A program made the position numbers and the translations under genes. A DNA stretch of 64,000 nt from NCBI GenBank assembly GCA_965216875.1, contig OZ244207.1:5920001-5984000 (forward strand). Direction: 5' to 3'. Positions 58,057-64,000 of the stretch are shown here, in pieces. Position 1 is the stretch's first letter; each line of letters opens with the position of its first letter. The notes beneath the pieces were generated by a model. The model did not search any database and was not told where the DNA came from. It saw nothing but the letters and a program-made list of their open reading frames with translations. This DNA is from Rubripirellula sp. GTDB lineage: Bacteria; Planctomycetota; Planctomycetia; Pirellulales; Pirellulaceae.

Positions 58057-58783
58057 CGATCGCTTTCAGGTTGATGACGCCCTGAGTCATCTTGCTGACC
58101 TTCGCGGCAATCTCTTGCTTGCCTGTCGCCGCGACGTCGAGTTGACCGATCGAATCGACTCGGTAGCGGTACCAGGTTCCCGTTTGCTTTGGAGTGAATA
58201 CGAGTGATTGATCGCCAAACTGGAATGTCATCTCCGTTCCCTTCTTGGGGGCACGCGAATAGACAAGTTCGACGTCGTACTTTCCAGCTTTGATCTCGTG
58301 TTCCCAACGAACGTAGTCTTCGGCTTTGGACCAATAGCCGATGCGATAGGTGCCTGGGTGGGACTCAAGTTTCGCAACCTTGCCCACCACTTCGCCATCG
58401 AGCGCACTGATCACAATCGAACCATCCGCAAAGGTGGCGGTCGGCTCGCTTATCAGGCAGTGAAAGGCTGCAGGGCGCGAGCCATCAGCGGCGTAGACCT
58501 GGACTTCGGTTGCGTCCGCGTTGAAACCGAACTCCACAGGAGTCTTGTCGGGGTCTCCCTCGGACCAGATCTTGATGATGCTTGGCAGTGGTCCCTTTAG
58601 ACGAAGCACGCCATCGGAGGGCCAACTTTCAACAGGCAACCGTTGGATTTGCGGTTGATTCGATTCGGTCGCGGAGAGTGTGACCGCAACCGGTTCGCTG
58701 TTGCGTTCCTCGGCCGACGCCAAAGTCGTCATGCAACAAAACAGAACTGCGCTGAAAAACAGAAAGATCGATCGAAGAGGCAT
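58037..58783 (-). CDS. Exported hypothetical protein with galactose-binding-like C-terminal module
   Basis: Signal peptide; IGYWSKAEDYVRW...GKYDVELVYS...TGTW. Confidence 0.72.
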   Translation of the reverse strand: MPLRSIFLFFSAVLFCCMTTLASAEERNSEPVAVTLSATESNQPQIQRLPVESWPSDGVLRLKGPLPSIIKIWSEGDPDKTPVEFGFNADATEVQVYAADGSRPAAFHCLISEPTATFADGSIVISALDGEVVGKVAKLESHPGTYRIGYWSKAEDYVRWEHEIKAGKYDVELVYSRAPKKGTEMTFQFGDQSLVFTPKQTGTWYRYRVDSIGQLDVAATGKQEIAAKVSKMTQGVINLKAIVLTPVE

Positions 58784-58812
58784 GGTGTTTCACTGGGTGA
58801 ACTTGAGGTCGG

Positions 58813-60294
58813 TTACGCAAGAATGTCTTTCACGACATGGCCATGAACGTCCGTCAAACGGTAATAGCGTCCTTGGAATCGATAGGTAAGGCGTTCATGA
58901 TCGATCCCAAGTAGATGCATGATGGTTGCTTGCAGATCGTGGACATGGACCGGGTTTTCGGTGATTTCGTAACAGAGATCATCGGTTGCACCATAGGTTA
59001 AACCCTTTTTGACGCCAGCGCCTGCAAGCCACAGCGAAAAACAACCGGGATGGTGATCGCGGCCATAGGTTTCGGCGTTCAGTGCGCCTTGGCAATACGA
59101 CGTCCGCCCAAACTCGCCGCCCCAGACGATCAAAGTGTCATCAAGCATGCCACGTTGCTGAAGGTCATTCATCAAGGCGCGCGTTGGTTGGTCGACATCC
59201 TTGCATTGCCCGGGCAATTGCTTGGGCAGCGTGAAGTGTTGGTCCCACCCCATGTGGTAGAGCTGAATGAACCGCACATCGCGTTCGGCCAATCTTCTGG
59301 CTAACAAACAGTGATAGGCGTAGGAACCGCGTCTGTTGACGTCGGGCCCGTAGGCATCAAGCACATGCTGAGGCTCGTCCGAAAAATCGGTCAACTCGGG
59401 AACCGAGGTTTGCATTCGATAGGCCAATTCGTACGCCTCGATGCGTGTGTTGATTTCGGGATCACCAAAGTCGGCGAGCTTTTGTTGATTTAATTCAGCA
59501 AGGTCGTCGAGCATGCGACGGCGAGCCTTTGCATTGAGCCCCTTTGGGTTACGCAAGTAAAGCACAGGGTCGCCGACGCTCATCAGCTTGACGCCGGCGT
59601 GAGTCGAAGGCATGAATCCGCTGCCCCACAGTCGGTCGTAAAGCGGTTGGCAGTTCGGGCGCCCCGAACCACGCGACACCATCGTGATGAAGGACGGCAA
59701 ATCATCGTTGAGTGACCCCAAGCCGTAGTTCAACCAGGCTCCCATGCTTGGTCGACCAGCCAGTTGATGTCCGGTTTGAAAAAAGGTCACCGCGGGATCG
59801 TGGTTGATCGCCTCGGTCTTCATCGAGCGAATCAAGCAAATGTCATCAGCGAGCGTTGAAATCTCGGGAAGCAACTCGTCGCACAGTTCCATCCCCGACT
59901 TGCCATGACGATTGAATTTGTAGCGAGTTCCGGCGAGCGGAAACGACTTTTGGTTCGCCGTCATGCCCGTCTTCCGAAACGAAACGTCGACGAAATCGGC
60001 GAGCTCTTTTTTCTCGTGTTGTTGCAGCAGCGGTTTGTAGTCAAACAATTCCTGCTGCGAGGGTGCGCCACTTTGAAACAGATAGATCACCCGCTTGGCT
60101 TTTGGCGGCGTATGGTACTTGTCCATCACGCCGTTGGGCGCGGCGAACGCGGTATCGGCTTTTTCATCAGCTGAAACGTCCCGTTGCATCAGCGATGCGA
60201 GTGCAGCGACACCGATGCCAGTGGCCGTACGACCAAAGAAATGCCGGCGCGTTTCGAGCATTCGAGCGGTGTTGGTGAGTTGAGATTCGTTCAT
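58813..60294 (-). CDS. DUF1501-family protein (Tat-like signal)
   Basis: TRRHFF; ARRLAERDVRFIQ, WDQH, EFGRT, GRDHHP, RLTDVHG. Confidence 0.92.
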   Translation of the reverse strand: MNESQLTNTARMLETRRHFFGRTATGIGVAALASLMQRDVSADEKADTAFAAPNGVMDKYHTPPKAKRVIYLFQSGAPSQQELFDYKPLLQQHEKKELADFVDVSFRKTGMTANQKSFPLAGTRYKFNRHGKSGMELCDELLPEISTLADDICLIRSMKTEAINHDPAVTFFQTGHQLAGRPSMGAWLNYGLGSLNDDLPSFITMVSRGSGRPNCQPLYDRLWGSGFMPSTHAGVKLMSVGDPVLYLRNPKGLNAKARRRMLDDLAELNQQKLADFGDPEINTRIEAYELAYRMQTSVPELTDFSDEPQHVLDAYGPDVNRRGSYAYHCLLARRLAERDVRFIQLYHMGWDQHFTLPKQLPGQCKDVDQPTRALMNDLQQRGMLDDTLIVWGGEFGRTSYCQGALNAETYGRDHHPGCFSLWLAGAGVKKGLTYGATDDLCYEITENPVHVHDLQATIMHLLGIDHERLTYRFQGRYYRLTDVHGHVVKDILA

Positions 60295-60336
60295 CGGTCT
60301 ATTGGATTGCTTGGAGTTTCGGTTCGTTTTTTCGTC

Positions 60337-62904
60337 TTATTCGATCGTGATGAACTCGTCCAAGTTCATGATCAGGTGTGCAACAACCGTCATCGCTGCA
60401 TGCCGATTCACATCAAGGTTCTGATCGCGTTCTGATTCGCCTATCGACAACAACTCGGCCGCGTCGTCGGGGTGATTGGCAAAGTGATCAGCAAAGAAAT
60501 CGAAATTGCGTTGCAAAACAGCGAGCGTCTTGTCGCTTGGTTCCCTCGCAATGGCACCTCGGTACATCGATGCGAGATTTCCAGAAACCTCCTTGCCGTT
60601 GCCCATGGTTTTACCGGCCAAGTGGCGAGCCGCTTCGATCATGGTTGGATCGTTTAACAGCACGAGCGCTTGCAGCGGTGTGTTCGTGCGGCGAACTCGA
60701 ACATTGCAAACCTCGCGGCCTCCGCCATCAAAGATCGTTTGACGCGGGGGATTCACCGCCCGTTTCCAGTAGGTGTAAAGACTCTTGCGATACAGATCGC
60801 CGCCCTTTGCCGGTCGGTATTTTGTGCCGGCGTTTGCCGCCAACGTTTCCCAGAGCCCGTCAGGCTGATAAGGTTTGACCGGCGGTCCACCAGCCTTAGG
60901 GTTCAACAGGCCACCGGCTTGAAGCGCAAGGTCGCGAATCACGAATCCGTCCGCACGATAGCGTGGCCCCCGAGCAAGAAGGCGATTCTCGGGATCTCGC
61001 TGTTGCAATTCCTTTGTTGTGCGGGACTGTTGGCAATACGTTTCGCTCGTGACAATCAGTTTGTGCAGTGCCTTGACGTCCCAACCCGATTCCATGAATT
61101 CGGCCGACAACCAGTCAAGCAAATCCGGATGGCTTGGCATGTCGCCTTGTACACCAAAGTCTTCGGTCGTCTTGACCAGGCCTGCGCCAAAATGATCCTG
61201 CCAGATTCGATTAACGATCACTCGTGCGGTGAGTGGGTTGTCGCGAGAGACAAGCCAACGGGCGAACTCGAGTCGATCTTTTGGTGCGGGCGCATCAGCA
61301 TCAACCATCAACGACGCGGGTACCGCTCGGCTCATTTTGCGTGACTTGTCTGGCGAGTTGTATTGTCCGCGATCGAGGTAATACGCAGGGATTGGATCGC
61401 CTGCCCGTTCCCGCATGACCATCACAGTGACGCGTGGACCAGTGATGGCAAACAGTTTTGACTCGGCTTTCTTGAACGCCGAGTTCGCTTGCGAATACTG
61501 AGGGTCCTTTGTCTTGAAGTGATTTCGAATTCGGTTCTTTTCGTCCTTTGACCATTTCTCCGACGGCTTGTCGATGATCTTGCGAAGCTCCTTGCTCAAG
61601 CCAGCAATCGCCTCGTCTCCTGCCGGCGCTTCTCCAGCTTCTGTCTCGTTCTTTTCGAGTTTCGCCACCACGCTTGTTAGCCACTCCTTCTCTCGAGACT
61701 CCAATCCGCGGCCCGCTTCGGCAAGTAGTTGCTCTTTGTGAAAGTAGTCCTTGCGAAGCTCTTCGGGCGGCGTCACCAAAGGTGAAAAGGCTTTCATTGT
61801 GGGGTTTGCGTAAACTCCCCTGCCCGTTCCCTTTTCGCCGATGTTATTGAAGTAACTGAAGAGTTGATAAAACTCTTGCTGACTGATCGGGTCGTACTTG
61901 TGATCGTGGCAACGTGCGCAACCCATCGTGAGCCCCAACCAAACGGTCGAAGTTGTTTCGACTCGGTCGATCACGTTCTCGACAAAGAACTCGTCATCAA
62001 GTGCTCCCGACTCGGCGTTTTGTCGGTGATTGCGATTGAAGGCCGAAGCGAGACGCGTTGAATCGTTTGCATCATCGAGCATGTCGCCTGCGATCTGCTC
62101 GATCGTGAATTGATCGAACGGCATGTTTTCCATGTAGGCCTTGATGACCCAATCTCGCCAAGGCCAATTGGTTCGTTCGCTGTCGTTTTGGTAGCCGTCG
62201 GTGTCGGCAAAACGTGCTGCGTCAAGCCAGCGAAGCGCTTGACGCTCAGCATAGTTTTGCGAATCCAGCAATTCGTCGACCGCTTTCGAAAAAGCTTCTT
62301 GGCTTGGGTTTTCGAGGAAGCGATCCTGCAATTCCTTTGGCGGCAACAGGCCGGTCAAAGTCAAAGAAGCGCGGCGCAACAGAGTGGCCCAGTCGGCTCG
62401 GTGCGACCGAGTGAGGTCTTCGCGTCGCAAACGCTCGGCGACAAACGCGTCGATTGGATTGTGGTTTTGGTGGGCCTCGGAACTTACTTTTGGAACTTCT
62501 GGTCGTCTGACTCGCTGAAACGCCCAGTGGCCCGCATAGGGTGCGCCCTGCTCGATCCACAATTTCAACGTTTTCTTCTGCGCCTCGGTAAGTGACCGAT
62601 GACTGTCCACCGGTGGCATCACCTCACCTTCATCGTCACTCATCACACGACGATAGAGCTCGCTTTCTTCGGGCTTGTTCGGCACGACCCCCGCATAGCC
62701 ACCGAGGTCGGCGAACAGATTCTCTTCAGTGTCGGCTCGGAAGTCCGAGTCCTGATTCTCGGCATCGGGGCCATGGCAATGAAAACAAGCATCAGCAAGA
62801 ATCGGTCGCACATCACGTGCAAAATCGATCGCGTCCGCTGCCCAAACGGCATGACAAAGGACGCTCAGGCTGATCGCGAGTGAGGTTCGAAGCAACAAAT
62901 TCAT
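60337..62904 (-). CDS. Planctomycete cytochrome c / DUF1549 / DUF1553 protein
   Basis: DFARDVRPILADACFHCHGPD, NPIDAFV, CARCHDHKYDP, PSHPDLLDWL, TNTPLQAL. Confidence 0.93.
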   Translation of the reverse strand: MNLLLRTSLAISLSVLCHAVWAADAIDFARDVRPILADACFHCHGPDAENQDSDFRADTEENLFADLGGYAGVVPNKPEESELYRRVMSDDEGEVMPPVDSHRSLTEAQKKTLKLWIEQGAPYAGHWAFQRVRRPEVPKVSSEAHQNHNPIDAFVAERLRREDLTRSHRADWATLLRRASLTLTGLLPPKELQDRFLENPSQEAFSKAVDELLDSQNYAERQALRWLDAARFADTDGYQNDSERTNWPWRDWVIKAYMENMPFDQFTIEQIAGDMLDDANDSTRLASAFNRNHRQNAESGALDDEFFVENVIDRVETTSTVWLGLTMGCARCHDHKYDPISQQEFYQLFSYFNNIGEKGTGRGVYANPTMKAFSPLVTPPEELRKDYFHKEQLLAEAGRGLESREKEWLTSVVAKLEKNETEAGEAPAGDEAIAGLSKELRKIIDKPSEKWSKDEKNRIRNHFKTKDPQYSQANSAFKKAESKLFAITGPRVTVMVMRERAGDPIPAYYLDRGQYNSPDKSRKMSRAVPASLMVDADAPAPKDRLEFARWLVSRDNPLTARVIVNRIWQDHFGAGLVKTTEDFGVQGDMPSHPDLLDWLSAEFMESGWDVKALHKLIVTSETYCQQSRTTKELQQRDPENRLLARGPRYRADGFVIRDLALQAGGLLNPKAGGPPVKPYQPDGLWETLAANAGTKYRPAKGGDLYRKSLYTYWKRAVNPPRQTIFDGGGREVCNVRVRRTNTPLQALVLLNDPTMIEAARHLAGKTMGNGKEVSGNLASMYRGAIAREPSDKTLAVLQRNFDFFADHFANHPDDAAELLSIGESERDQNLDVNRHAAMTVVAHLIMNLDEFITIE

Positions 62905-63141
62905 CTGGCTCTACTGGTCGCAGGATGTGGGATGGCCGGACGGAGGATTGGCTGATGCGGAAACACTCCCGATCAGATCGAAACCTGCCGCCAGATTGCC
63001 GAAAAAACCGGAATTCCCGTGGCAGGTTCCGAATCGAGCGGGAGTATCAAGTTGCTGCAATCCCGACTTTTGCCGTAAAAAGGCGAGCGACTTTGATCTG
63101 CGTGACCATCTGAGCCAAATTGGCCATTTGAGTAGTCAGCT

Positions 63142-63666
63142 ATGAAAGATGACCGTTTTCTCTCCCTGTTTCTTCAACATGAGCGATCGCTCGCTGCATT
63201 TGCGCGAACGATGCTGCCGGACTGGGAATCGGTCGATGATGTGATTCAAAACGCGTCGGTTGCGATGTGGCGAAAGATCGACACGCTCGACAACGATGAC
63301 GAATTCATGCGTTGGGCCATCGTCGTCGTTCGCATGGAGGCGCTGAAGTATCGTCGCAGCAAAGCGCGTGACCGGCTGGTGCTTTCCGATGAGCTCGTGG
63401 ACCGCTTAACGAGCGAAGCGCAAGAAGAAAACGATCCGTCGCATGTCGCCGCCTACGCGAGCGCCTTTGATCAGTGCCTAAAGTCGTTTGCACCTGAGCA
63501 CCAAAAGCTCCTTTTATCACCTTATGTCTCGCACGGCAGCGTCAAAGAGCTTGCCAAGTCGATCGGAAGCACGGCGAACGCGCTCTACAAAAAGATTGGG
63601 CGACTGCGAGTCAAGCTTCACGACTGCGTTGAAACACGTTTGCAAACCGAGCGAGGAAGTGCCTGA
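63142..63666 (+). CDS. ECF sigma-70 factor (Rhodopirellula/Verrucomicrobia type)
   Basis: VDDVIQNASVAMWRK, FMRWA, ELAKSIGSTANALYKKIGRLR. Confidence 0.92.
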   Translation: MKDDRFLSLFLQHERSLAAFARTMLPDWESVDDVIQNASVAMWRKIDTLDNDDEFMRWAIVVVRMEALKYRRSKARDRLVLSDELVDRLTSEAQEENDPSHVAAYASAFDQCLKSFAPEHQKLLLSPYVSHGSVKELAKSIGSTANALYKKIGRLRVKLHDCVETRLQTERGSA

Positions 63667-64000
63667 TGACCGACCCAAGCAAACCAAACGCGGAAGCACT
63701 CTCCGAAAGCGAAAAGCAACTATTGATTGAGCGGTTCTTTCTTGACCAGCTCGATGCCGAAGAGATGGAACTGCTCGAATCGGTGTTGATGTCGGACCGA
63801 GAGCTCCGCGATCGGTTTCGCTCTGCCTCGTCGATCGATTCGCTATTACGTTTCCGCACAAGCGATGATTCGGTCACACCAGCGGGCTCGCCCGCAAAGA
63901 CAACACTCCGTTTGAACAAACCTTGGCTCGTCGTTGCGGTCGCGGTACTTGCTGCGTCGCTCTTGATCGCATTCACCTTCTTCAATTCGGCTGGCCAAGA
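63666..64000 (+). CDS. Probable anti-sigma factor (FecR-like), truncated by window end
   Basis: TGATG overlap with the sigma gene; open frame MTDPSKP...LIERFFLDQLDAEEMELLESVL...WLVVAVAVLAASLLIAF (TM). Confidence 0.75.
   Translation, partial: MTDPSKPNAEALSESEKQLLIERFFLDQLDAEEMELLESVLMSDRELRDRFRSASSIDSLLRFRTSDDSVTPAGSPAKTTLRLNKPWLVVAVAVLAASLLIAFTFFNSAGQ

Overview
GC-rich bacterial DNA typical of Planctomycetota (Pirellulaceae-like): two DUF1549/DUF1553-cytochrome c + DUF1501 pairs, two sulfatases, two ECF sigma factors and a protein with a planctomycete-type export signal. About 36 CDS and two tRNAs (Arg-UCG; CAU, probably Ile2) can be supported. The left 10 kb is accessory. An 8.2-kb islet with no integrase lies between tRNA-Arg and a copy of its 3' half, and carries an ECF sigma / Ser-Thr kinase pair facing two very acidic exported proteins that share a putative promoter motif. 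Further left are two inverted copies of a ~127-bp, apparently structured non-coding element. Elsewhere there is a sialic-acid-type cluster with a Kelch(NanM-like)-symporter fusion bracketed by an 80-bp inverted repeat, several REP/BIME-like clusters (some supplying stop codons), a SWIM + DUF6493-like pair, and an HTH-less DeoR-sensor-like gene in a 1.4-kb islet flanked by a 20-bp direct repeat. Family names come from motif recognition by eye, not from database searches.
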